Assembly: GCF_016433145.1 (NCBI RefSeq)
Contig: NC_058134.1
Span: 286,903,449 to 286,967,448 of the forward strand
Length of the DNA: 64,000 bases
Source of the DNA: Gracilinanus agilis
Lineage: Eukaryota
Reading direction: 5' to 3'
Numbering within the stretch: position 1 is the stretch's first letter; the number at the start of each line of letters is the position of its first letter. Of this stretch, positions 11,272 through 22,470 are shown piece after piece. Under the pieces are notes generated by a model that saw only the letters and a list, made by a program, of their open reading frames with translations, did not search any database and was not told the origin of the DNA. The position numbers were made by a program, and so were the translations under genes.

Positions 11272-11530
11272 CTACTCTTCTTTTTCTTCTTCTTCTTCAT
11301 TTATCTTCTCTCTCTGTCTGTCACCTTTTTTCATCGTCCTTTTGTTCTTTCTTGGTATTTTCCCCCTCCCTTTTATTTAGTTCTTTCCTTCTTTCTCCCT
11401 GGATTTCTTTCTCTTCTTAGTTCTCTCTTTTCCTTCCTGTCTGCTTGTTTTTTCTCTCCTTGTTCATCCATGTTTCTTCTTTCTCTTGCCTCCACCCCCA
11501 CCTTATCCCCACCTCATTCTCTCTCCAGTT
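11272..11530 (+). repeat. Long CT-rich polypyrimidine tract in HOTAIR intron 4
   Basis: About 260 nt strongly C/T-biased. Confidence 0.8.
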
Positions 11531-12077
11531 TCAAAGACAAGAAGAAACATTTCCAATCCTTCCCTAGAACTGATCCTTTTCTATCATAGGAAAGAAGTTC
11601 CCCAGAGGGCAGTTTAACTTGGGAGGCAAGTGCCAGAAAATAAGGAAGATTTGAGGGAGAGGGACTTTTATAGCCATGAACTTGTCGCTAATGTGATCAT
11701 TTTTTCTCCCTCTATTCTACACTTTCACCTCCTCCAATTTGAAAGCTCCTCCTAGCTGGACCTTGAGAACCAAGACTGAAAGGATACTGCATTTAGTGTG
11801 TGGGGGTGTGTGTGTGAGGGGGCACACACAGAGTGAGGTGAGGAAATGGAATTCTGCCGGCCCCACAGCCGATTAGTTTTCGGCTCTGAATTATTTTTTT
11901 TCCTGCTCCGCTGTCACAACCTCCCTTCCCCAACTTTGGAACTGTGAGAAGAGAAATTCTAAAGCAGCTCCATAGATGCATATTTGCTTTGCACTCCTCC
12001 CTCCTACAACTCCCAGGGACTGGTGAGAATTAGGGGTTTCATCAGAAACCCTCCCCCTCCCCACAACAACAAAAAAA

Positions 12078-12096
12078 GAACAGAAAAGAAAAGAAA

Positions 12097-12136
<40 letters not shown>

Positions 12137-12145
12137 AAAGAAAAA
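12078..12145 (+). repeat. (GAAA)n microsatellite
   Basis: About 9 perfect GAAA units with degenerate flanks. Confidence 0.95.
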
Positions 12146-13033
12146 GGGGAAAGGCTGCTGTCTCTTACTGGTTTGATTATACCTGATCCTCATCTCGAAG
12201 GCCTCTTGCCTAATAAACTCTAATCATATCCTATGCAGCTATAAAATGAGATTATCGACACCCATATAATTATGTATTATTCACTTAATTGTGATGATTA
12301 AAAAACATCAGGGGCTAGGTCTACACTGGCAAAGGCAAACTAGGAATTGAGAGCAGATCATGTGTCTAAGGACTACTAAGACCTTAAATCCCCCTTTGTT
12401 TTTTGATCAGAAGGACCTGGATCACTGCTTATTTTTTAATCTGCCCATGGACCTACATTTCTATCCTGAGTTATAGGAATATCTAATTTTCAAAGGGGTG
12501 TGTATGTGTATGTAATACATACATACATAATACAGCCACACATATAAAAATAGATATTAAGACTATGCATTCTATTCCTCTTCTTTTGCTTCTTTCTCTC
12601 CCTGCAAATACCCAAGAAATTATCAGACCATAGGAGTGAAAATATCTTCTCCGCAAACACATACAGATGCAATTATCCAGATAATTGTCTAAACTCTCCA
12701 TTTTACAGGGCTGTGTAGACCTCCAGGGTGTTATCTGTAAGCCCTCGAGTGTATATGGAGAAGGGAGGGAGAAGACTGAATTTTAAATGGGAGACCGATG
12801 AACAATTTTTTCGATTTTACATTCTCCAACTTTAAAGTTCTGTCTAGTGTTACAGGTTCTTCAGTAGAGGATCTTTGTTTCCCTTTAGTCATATTTTTTC
12901 TCTCACTCCTGATCTCCCCCCCTTTTTTGGTCCCTTTAAAAGAGGCTCAGATCATCTCCTGCTCTTAATAGATGACTATAAAAATAAAATTAATTTCCCC
13001 CCTGCCCTTTAATATCAATATCTCTCCATTAAG

Positions 13034-13099
13034 TGTGATCATGGGCGAGAATAAACAGAGAATTAAGTGCTGTTGCGCAATGCTGCAATTACACCCAAG
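13034..13099 (+). ncRNA. HOTAIR: HOTAIR exon 5 homologue
   Basis: ccattaag|TGTGATCATGGGCGAGA...GAGAATTAAGTGCTG...GCAATTACACCCAAG matches recalled human exon 5 (TATGCACATTGGCGAGAGAATTAAGTGCTG...GCAATTACACCCAAG). No GT at the homologous donor position. Confidence 0.8.
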
Positions 13100-13200
13100 T
13101 TATTTTATTTTATTTTATTTTATTTTCATGGAACCAGGTTTATCTTGGGGTATTTGCTTTACAACGAGGTGGGGAGGGGAGCTTTTTTTTTTTTTACAAG

Positions 13201-13925
13201 CTCTTTGTGCCTGAGCCAGTTTTGATCACTGAGAGAAAAGTTAAAATAAGTCATAGAGAAAGAAAAAGAGATGAGCATAAACAAGGTGAAAAGAGAATAA
13301 GGGAGGGCAGCTGAAAGGAAGCAAAACAAGGCTCAGAAAGAAACAGGAATATAGAGGAACAAGAGGATTTACACAAAGAAAAGAGAGCAAGTAGAGCTAG
13401 AAAGATGTATAGAGAATTACACATAGAAAAATAAATATAAACATGATTATTCATCTCATTTTTTAATCTGAATTTTTGAGTGCTCAGAAAGGAGGAAAGA
13501 GGTTGATTCAGAAACAAGACTTCAGTAAGATTACAAGAGAAAAATCAGAAGAAAAAACAAGTACCCAAACCCCCAACCAATATTTCTGTTCTCAGATAAG
13601 TAGATGGGAATTCTGCTCCCCAATTCCCCTTGCATTAGAAGAGATTCATCCCATCCTCCCTGTCCCCCAATCACTGCTGGGGACCCATTAAGCTCTCCTC
13701 CCTATCACCCAGTCTCTCCCTGTCTCCCTTATCCTTTCCATCTTTATGATGAGGCTTGTTAACAAGACCAGCGAGCCGGCTACATATATCTCTGCTGAGC
13801 CCGCTCAGGCGTGGAGCTAGCGGCTGTAGGTAACTACCAATGCACTAATTAATTGATTCCCTCAGATAGTAAAATACCATCATGTCTACACAGAAAGTCA
13901 CCAACTCATAAAAATATCTTTACAC
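13201..13925 (+). ncRNA. HOTAIR: HOTAIR exon 6 homologue, 5' part including the conserved core; 3' end not defined
   Basis: Acceptor T13-acaag|CTCTTTGTGCCTGAGCCAGT (human CTCGTTGGGGCCTAAGCCAGT). Core 13738-13920 CCATCTTTATGATGAGGCTTGTTAACAAGACCAG...CCCGCTCAG...CTAATTAATTGATTCC...GTAAAATA...GTCTACAC...ACTCATAAA matches the recalled human exon-6 conserved domain. Confidence 0.9.
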
Positions 13926-16457
13926 ACATATCACCAGAATATGCACATATATAGCAAGTACTTAATAAATGCTTTATCTATTTAATAAATACTTTATATA
14001 TTTAATGATCATATAATATATATCTCCACATTGGTTTTAAATCTCTAATATTATATATGTATATATATATTCCCAGATTGGTAATATATAATATATTGCA
14101 TGTAATCTCTGTATTTGCGTGTGTGTGGTGTATGTGTGTGTGTATGTGTGTGTGTTTATCCCCAGTTTTTAGCTGCTTCAAGAGAATATCTAATCTAAGG
14201 TAATTTAGGGGACTAAAATAAGGTTGCCTCTTTATTTAAAAAAATTATTGTATATGTAATTAAATCCTGTAAGAAAAGAAAAACCACCGTTGGAAGCGGG
14301 TTTGGAGGAGGGGTAAATTTTTTTAATGTTCCTTAAAGCTTTTGTAGACTCTGCCTTGGGACAAGGAACTAATCCAGAATCTGGACAAACTGGGGCTGTT
14401 TGATGCAGGAAAGGAAGCCACATCAGGTGGTACTTTTTGGAAGCAGACGGTAAAAGACTTTGGAAGCCTAGTCTGAAACATTCCATGGACCTGCTAGGGC
14501 CTTCCTCCTCTCTTTTTCTAATACTGGAAACCCCTTTGGCATTTCCTGATCTATGAGAACATTGTAAGATCTTGCAGTATTTATTAAGACAGGGAGGAAC
14601 TCCGAGCCAAGATCTGCCTGCCCTATGTGTTCAGAAAAAATGGCTGAAGGGAGCTGGGGTTGTTCAGCCTCTAGATCTTTTGCTCTCCCTGCTTTCTGTG
14701 GCTTCCAATAATTTACTATACTTGGGAGGCAAGAGTGTTGTGATGATGACTGTACAAGCAGAATATAATTATAAGTAATATGCTTGCCTACATAATTATG
14801 CATTTTGACACCTGAAAACAAGATTTAGAAAAACAAATAAAGATGGAAGATAGAGGCATTAAACAGAAACAAAGATCGTATGTTTAGAAGACATTGTAGC
14901 TAAAGATAAGAACTATGGCAATCAAAAGGAGTGTAAGGTACAGGAACAAGACACTGATATAAATATAGATTTGCTCCGAGATTAGATCGCTGTTTAAAGT
15001 TAGGTCATCCCTCCTCCCTACTTTATGAATACAGAGAAATGCACGATGCTTCCGTTCATATTATAGATGTAATATAGAATATCTTCTTTATCTATTGGAA
15101 TTGCATGAAATTTGGGAACCCTGATGGAAATAGCAAATTGCTTTTAAGAGTGCCTCTTTGCCTCTAACTCCCGTCTGCTTTTTTTTTTTCTCACCAGGCA
15201 AAAGAGGATAGTTTTCTTACCTGTTGTTGGTGAGGGCCAGGGTAGCTTCCAGTCTAAGCAGGACAAAGCAACTTACTCATGGCCACCCATGGGTCTCTGC
15301 CCTACCAAGCCCTCTGACAAAGAGCAGGAGAATCTTATCTGATTGTGGATAGAAACAATACATCACAGGGACCCCGAACACATACCTTTTCTTTATGAAT
15401 TGCGAGAATCTGATGTCAGGAAGATGAACTCTGCTCTCTCTAATGTATTGGAACCATCATTACTAACCACTTTCCCTTCTCAAAGGCCCAGTGCTAGAAG
15501 TCCCTGGGATCTGTGATACTATTGACTCCCTGAATTCTGGGGTTCCCTGGGCAGAGCCTAGAGACTTATCTTTGGTACCAGAAAGAGAAGAATGTCTGGG
15601 TTGTGTGAAACACAGGCAGAGACAAGTACCCATCAGTTCTATTCAAGTAAGAGACACATGGAACTGGGATGAATCAGGTTTGGCTTTATCTTCGAGGTAA
15701 TTTCGTGGTCGGAGAAGGGTGACTGGGGACTGAGAGGCTTGGACCAACAGCCGTCTCTGGGTCACTGGAAGCCTTTAATGCTGAGCTGAGGTTAGGATTT
15801 GGTTACAAATTCCTGCGATATGGCCAGGAGCCTGAAATCTCCCATCTGCAGAGCTCTGGGAGACAAAGATGGATTTATCAATGGCACATAACACTCTTAC
15901 TAGCATAGGTCATCCCAGCCCTTCTTCTAACTTCAAGAGGAGCTCCCTCTTGGCCAGTTCAGAAAGATTGTGTGTGTCTGTGTGTGCCTCTGTGTGTGTG
16001 CCTGCGTGTGTTGGAGACGGAAGAATACTCAGTTTTCCAACCAAGCTCTCAGGAAATCTATCTTCCATTGTCTGTCTTTACAACCCATTCCTTCCTTATC
16101 TTACTACAGTATATCAATTGTATTGTGTTGCATCACACTGTGAATAAACTGTGATCCATTCTTAGATTCTACATTCTTATAAGCACGTGCCAAGTTCAAT
16201 TACCTGACAGCCGAGTAGAGAACAGAGAACCAGAATGCTGCACCTTCGGCTACATTAGAGCCTTTTGGACCTTCAGGGAGCAGGGCTATGCTGGTATCAC
16301 ACCCACTTCGGTGATGCTGCTACGGTCTGAACCTCAGAGACTGAAGTCTAAATAGCGTCTGGGCGGAGAGCAGCCCCCAGCGTCCTCTGGGTGCCCCATC
16401 CATCACAGGCTCCAACACTTCCTTTGTCTCAAAGGAGCTACCACTTGAGTGGGCAGG

Positions 16458-16476
16458 GCGCCGGCGGGCGGCACTG
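16458..16476 (+). promoter_or_regulatory. Candidate CTCF site between the HOTAIR 3' region and HOXC12
   Basis: gcgCCGGCGGGCGGCACT (core 16461-16474) fits CCRSYAGRKGGCRS at 12 of 14 positions and retains CpGs in an otherwise CpG-poor neighbourhood. Confidence 0.5.
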
Positions 16477-16919
16477 TGGAGCCCCTGGGGCAGCTTGGAA
16501 AAAGAGTTTCGGGGTTCAGAAAATGCTAGCACTGACTGCGCGAAGGTATACCAATGTTCCCGAAGCTGACAAAGCCTGCAGAGAGTGCACAGATAGTACC
16601 TATGCTGGCGGAATGTACTTCTAAGCAATATGACCCTCTAAAGACTTGCGTTCGTACTCTTGCACACTACAGCTCAGGCGCACAATCACACACATAAACG
16701 TCCGAACATAAACACATTCCCCGAAGTCTGGTCACAGACAGATAAATCTATTGGCTAGTGTTTTGGTTGGGGTACTGGGACAAAGAAGGGCAGGGTCAAG
16801 GGACTTTTCTCTTTGACGAGTCCTGTCTAGTCCATACTAGACTCTGCAATGGGGAGTGAGTGAAAACAGGGCCTCGAGAACTTTCTTTTGTTGCCCAGAC
16901 TAAGACCCAAGTACCAGCT

Positions 16920-17135
16920 CCTGGAAGCCGGCTCAGTAAGGATCGATTGTCGGGCTCCGCTTCGAGCGGGAAGCCGTGTGTATTAGCGTCGCTTGGGCGC
17001 TGTGGAGCCGCCGGGCCTGTCTGCGGCGGCCCAATATTAGGCTTCCTTAAATAGCTCAGGGACCAATGCCGTTCACACTGGCAAAGCTGGGCAATTGTGC
17101 GAATTATTAGCTCCAAAACCCGATCATTTCAACCG
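16920..17135. promoter_or_regulatory. CpG-rich orphan patch with CCAAT boxes
   Basis: Dense CpGs; CCAAT at 17031-17035 and 17063-17067; TTAAATA at 17047-17053. Confidence 0.5.
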
Positions 17136-17158
17136 CATCATTTATATCCAAAGTCTGA

Positions 17159-17161
<3 letters not shown>

Positions 17162-17209
<48 letters not shown>

Positions 17210-17303
17210 ACACACAGCACATAGTAGAACTATTTTTCTCCCTGAATATTTTGAATAATTTTTCTCCTTGCTTTCACTGTTTAGCCCTATCTCGGGAAAC
17301 AAT

Positions 17304-17362
<59 letters not shown>
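17162..17362 (+). repeat. Two (TC)n microsatellites (17162-17207 and 17307-17362)
   Basis: Perfect dinucleotide runs read directly. Confidence 0.97.
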
Positions 17363-17366
<4 letters not shown>

Positions 17367-18786
17367 GAATGAGTCTCAGAAAGAAACCTGCTTTGGGCCT
17401 GAATCAGATTTTTCCTCTCTTTCCAGGGGTGCTCATGAGGCAATCTTATTTCTGAGAATGATGTGGGGAGAAAAGAAAACAGTCTGTACCCTTTCCTGAT
17501 ATTCTACAATCTCTCTCCAAGGGAACCCAAACCTGTGGAGAGCCCAGTTGTTTGGGTTCTACATCCCCATTTATCCCCTCCACCTGGTTCCCTGGAACGG
17601 AGGCAGCAGTACAGACAGAAAAGTCAAGGACAGGGCAATAAGTGGGATATTTCAAACAAAGGGAAAACGTTGGTCTTAAATCTCCAAAACAATTAGGTCA
17701 AAGTATATTATTTTAATTATCTGAATAATGGCCTTTGTTTTGAGCTTTGGAGGTAAGGAGAATAGGCACCTTGCTTCCTCCAGTTGAAGGCAAAGACCCA
17801 GAAATAGGCTTATTTCCATTCTAGCGCCCCATACCACTGCCCTCACACCTCTCAAGTCCACTGGACATTTCCAATTAGGCCTGAACTCTAATGGCTGTTT
17901 TTCCAAATGTCTCCTGTTTCCAAGAAAGAACCACCAGGACGACTCAAATATTGCATGTTGAGAGCGGTAGAGAGATTCTGCCCCCCCCCCAAAAAACATG
18001 CACCCAGTTACATACAACATCGACAGACTCTAGCGTTCACACAATCTTTGTGAAATACCAATCTTTGTGAAAAGATTATTATTACCAAGAGGCCATCTCC
18101 TATTCTTGAAAGGGGTGGGGGGGGGGGAAAGAGGGGGGAGGTGGGGGTTCTTGCTTTAGGAATAGGATAGTAAAAAACTGGTTTGCTGGAGAGACACCTC
18201 TCTAGTCCTGGGATAGGAGTTGAGGGAAGGGAATAGTGGGAAAGAGAGTCCAAGAAGAGGAGACGGCATGAAACCTGGAGCAACCGAAAGGAAACCGGAG
18301 AAAGTGGGTCTGAGCTCTGGGCAGCTTAATTGTGAACATTAATCCTGTAAGAAATTCAAGGGAAAGAAGTCAACTCCAGCCTTTAGCACTGGCTCTTCTG
18401 GGTGAGGGCTAAAAGGAGGAGACCATTTAATAGATTCAAATGTGTTTTTAAAGAGAGCTTTAGAAGGGTTTCTTCAAGGATCAACAGCAATTCCTCCTCC
18501 TTTTCTTAAGTCAGCGATTCAAGAGTCACTCTGTTATGTATCTCCAGGTGTTCCCATCCTGGGCCCCCAATTCCCCTCTCTTTCGAAGAGACTCCCACTT
18601 TGGGGTGTTGCTGCAGGTGAGACAGACTTCTCCGGATCTCTATAGGTTCTGGTTTCCCTTTCCAGTCTAGTAACATATGCTCCCTCCTGCCTGGACAATG
18701 TTCTAGTTCTATTCTCTCTCTTCCCCTACCTTCATTACTCTTATTGCCACCACCCTCCCCCTAAGAGTCGAGTTTACCGCCTCCAT

Positions 18787-19033
18787 TTTATTTCTGCCTT
18801 TAATTATTTGGAGCTAAAAGATGACAGATGCCTCAACTGATCTAGGCTGCTCTCTCTGTCTTTCTGTTGTTGCTGCTGCCGCTGCTGTTATTTTATTATT
18901 ATTCATTATTTTTTATTATTCACCTGGCCGGGGAGAGAGGTAGAAATAAGAAGCGGACCCGGGAGGCGAGTTTTCTGGCTTCCTCCCTCCCTGATGAGAG
19001 GCAACGGGACAAGAGGAGCCGGTTGCTTTTATT
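18787..19033 (-). terminator. Candidate HOXC12 polyadenylation signals (3' UTR about 2.9-3.2 kb)
   Basis: Minus-strand AATAAA at 19033-19028 and 18792-18787, more near 18890-18920, within an AU-rich UTR-like block at 19040-19130. Confidence 0.5.
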
Positions 19034-21954
19034 GTTCTCAGAAAATCACATCGTCATACATTCATGTTTTAATTATTATTAATATTAATATCGTGAAGCG
19101 ATTTTATACAAGGACTATATAAAGCTGAAACGTGCTAGAGACAGACATTTGCATAGGGACCCTACAGAGAACTAGCGAGAAGTGGGAGGGGGGGACGCAA
19201 TAACAACAGCGAGAAAACTAGACAAAGTACACGCGGGAATAGGGGCGACAGACACTGGGAACAGAGACACAGACTGACAGAATCTCACGGAAGAGTCGTA
19301 TTTAAAGCAATGGGAAGAGGGTATTGCATATTATCTTTGTAGTTCCTCCCACCAGCACGCTGCCCCTTTCCCACCCATTTCCACATTTGGGGGTTGGACA
19401 AATTGAGTTGGGAGATTCAACCTCAGGTGTTAAGCTTTGATCTTAGAGAGGTGACCAGTAACTGCTAGGAGCTGTGTGTGGGTGCAGAGAGTGACTAAAT
19501 GATGCAAGTGGGGGGGGGGAGGAATATGAGTGGATCTAAATATATCTGTGTTTCTGTGATTGTGTGTGAATGGATGTCGTGTGTGTCTTCGTGGTCTGTT
19601 TGTGAATGAATTTGTATAGTGTGTGTGTGTGTGTGTGAGGTGAAACAACAGGTGTAAGGAAGGATGTGTGAATATGTGTGTGTTGTGTGCTTGGCTTTTC
19701 TGTGACTATATACATGTGAGAGTGCCTACCTGTGAATGTATGCATGTGTCTATTTGGGTGCATGTGTATATCTCTATGAAGGCTGTCCGACATACCAGTG
19801 TAGGTGTCACAGCCTGGCCCGGGGAAAAAACTGTTGGAGATCTCTGTTGAGAAGAGTTGTCTTTCTTTCTGGAGAGGGGCAGTTGCTTGGGTGGGCTCTA
19901 AGTCACTCTCCCAGGACCCTCCTGGAAACTCGACACCCTGTTTCCTTGCCTGTTGACCTACTCTACGATTCCCTAGAGTTTGATACTCCCATCCCCATGG
20001 GAGGTACCCAGAATTATTGACTTATTCCTAGAAATTAGGAGATTTTTATAAAGCAATCAAAATCTTTGCCAAAAGGACCAAGAACAGGAGGCTTTTTTAG
20101 AGTCATCCACCCACTTGGAGCTTATGCTGGGGCTCTAATTTAGGTTATTTTCCAAAAAAAAATTGTTCTAATGGAATCATGATGACATTCTTAAGGAATT
20201 CTTTTAAAAAGGAAATTATATGAAATCTCACTTAGTCTTCCCAAGGACAGCTCTTCAAGTATCTTCTCCCTGCTTGGCCTTTTATTTCATCTCTCCACCA
20301 GGGTCCACTTAGGGAGAGGGTGGAAGCAGAGAGATATGGAGACAAAGGACAGCATTTGGGGGCCAGGGGTTATGGGGGGAGAGGAGAAAGAGGGAAGGGG
20401 GTAGGGAGAAAGAGAGGGTGAGAGGGAGAGAGAGCAGCACAAAACCAGAGGTGGGGGAGGAAGATGGGTGGTAAGGAAAGAGGAGTACTGGAGGGGGAGG
20501 AGAGCTAGGGCCTCAGTTCATTGTCACAGGCCTGGGAAATTAGGGCTGAGAGGGGGAGGGCTCCAGCATCTCCGTAGCCCCCTTAAGCTCTATCCTCCCT
20601 GCCTCGTAAATTACAAAGTTCTAGCCTCCGGCAATGACCATGAACGCCAGAAGGAAAGACAGACCGACCTGTTGGGAAATCCCGCCTCAAATCGGTCCTT
20701 CCCCTCCCGCCCCAATCCCAGCTTTTTGGAGCCTAGACCCTCAGGGTTTTTCTCTCAAATCCCAGAGCTTCAAGTCTTCACTTTCTGCTTACACGAAATT
20801 GAAGTTTCCGTTCCTACCTCTCTTCTACTTTTCAGCCCATTCTCATCCCAGAGCTTTTTATCCTCAGGCAGAATTGCCTCTTCTTCTCCCCTGGCCCCCC
20901 ATAACATACCTCCATAGAAATAGAAGGGGTAGGGAAGAAGGGGGTTCTCTCGTTCTCACCTAACAAACCCAAGGCATCCTGAACTCCGCTTTGTCCTGCG
21001 GTCTAGATTGGAAGCTGTAGATAGGTAGAATGCGATCTAAGTATGCACGGCTAAGTATCTCGTCCAATCGGAGGCGAGCCCCTGCCACCCCACAGATTAA
21101 GCCCGCCTTGCCCATGTCTTTGCGAAATGGGGGTGGGGTGGGGTGGAGAGACTAGTTTGTACTGGAGCCAAAAGCAGTTCTCAACCCTATCCAGAGAAAG
21201 AAGGCCTTGCCTGAGAAGATCAGAAGTTTCAATCCGAGTCTCTTTCTTCTTCACCTTCTCTCAGTTCTCTCCCTCTCCAGGCAGTCCCAGGACCCATCTC
21301 CCCCTCTATCTTTCTTTCCATTCCCACTTCTTGCTAGAGTGGGCTCACCCCTTGGCCTTCAGTCTAAGAATTTGGAAAACTCTGGTTGTGTTCTCTGCTC
21401 CAAGGTTCCCTAACAGTCCAACCTAAGTATCAGGGAAAAGAAGCAAGGAAAGGGATTTCTAGTTGAGGTGTCGGGCAGGATAGATGGTCATGGAAGAAGG
21501 GAGGTCAAAATCTCTGATACCCAGGACATATGCCCTCACTTCATTGGGAATTCAGATTGAGGAGCAGTATGTGACAAGGTTCCCACCCCTACCTCAATAC
21601 ATACCAACACAAATTGTTTCAAAAACCAACAACCACCTGGAAATAGTTTTGACTTTTTTCTCCCAAACCACCCCACCTCAAGAGGTCCGCTTTTTTTTTT
21701 TCCCCTCCCTCTTTCTTTTCCTCTCTCACTTGGCCTGGCAGAGCTGAATGTGAATGTGTTGGAAAGGAACTGATTATCAAAACAGACATAACAAAAATAC
21801 CCGGAGAGGGGCCAGAGCCCCGGGCCTCGCGTTATAAGCGGGTGACAATGTCTGATGCAGGCGGTCAAGCGGCCAGGCGACCAGGGAGTGAGGCTCTTCC
21901 CCTCTCTTCACCAGGGACTCGGTTTAAGTCTGATGTCTCCTCCTCCTGTTCCCC

Positions 21955-22193
21955 CTAAAAGAAGGAGAGGGCCTGCTCCCTGAGCAGAAGTCTTTTCTTT
22001 TTCATCCTCCGGTTCTGAAACCAGATCTTGACCTGCTGGTCACTAAGATTCAAGCGGTCCGAGAGTTCTCTCCTCCTCTGGCGGGTGATGAACTCGTTCA
22101 CCATGAACTCTCCCTCCAGCTCGGCGAGCTGCAGCTTTGAGTAGGGTTTGCGCTTCTTCCGGGACCGGGTGTGCATGGGATACCAGGGGGCGC
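21955..22193 (-). CDS. HOXC12: HOXC12 exon 2 (homeodomain)
   Basis: (G)[78 protein letters not shown]. Acceptor cccag|GC has its AG at 22195-22194; TAG at 21957-21955. Confidence 0.98.
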
Positions 22194-22344
22194 CTGGGGA
22201 GGAGGGAGCGGGCACAGGACAGTTGGCTTTGGAAGATGAGAAGTTGACAACACAGAAAAGAAAAAAAATAACTCAGTCCTTCCCCAGTCTCCCTTGTCTC
22301 CCTCCCCATGTCCCTTATTCCCCCTTTTTTTTAACTGCTCCCCA

Positions 22345-22395
22345 ACAGGCTTCTCTCTCTCGGGCTCTCAGTCTCTGTCGGTCTCTCTGTCGGTC

Positions 22396-22458
<63 letters not shown>

Positions 22459-22470
22459 CTCTCTCTCTCT
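22345..22470 (+). repeat. Compound repeat: (CGGTCTCTCTGT)x3 grading into (CT)n, in the HOXC12 intron
   Basis: 12-nt unit repeated about 3 times at 22378-22410, then a perfect CT run. Confidence 0.9.
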
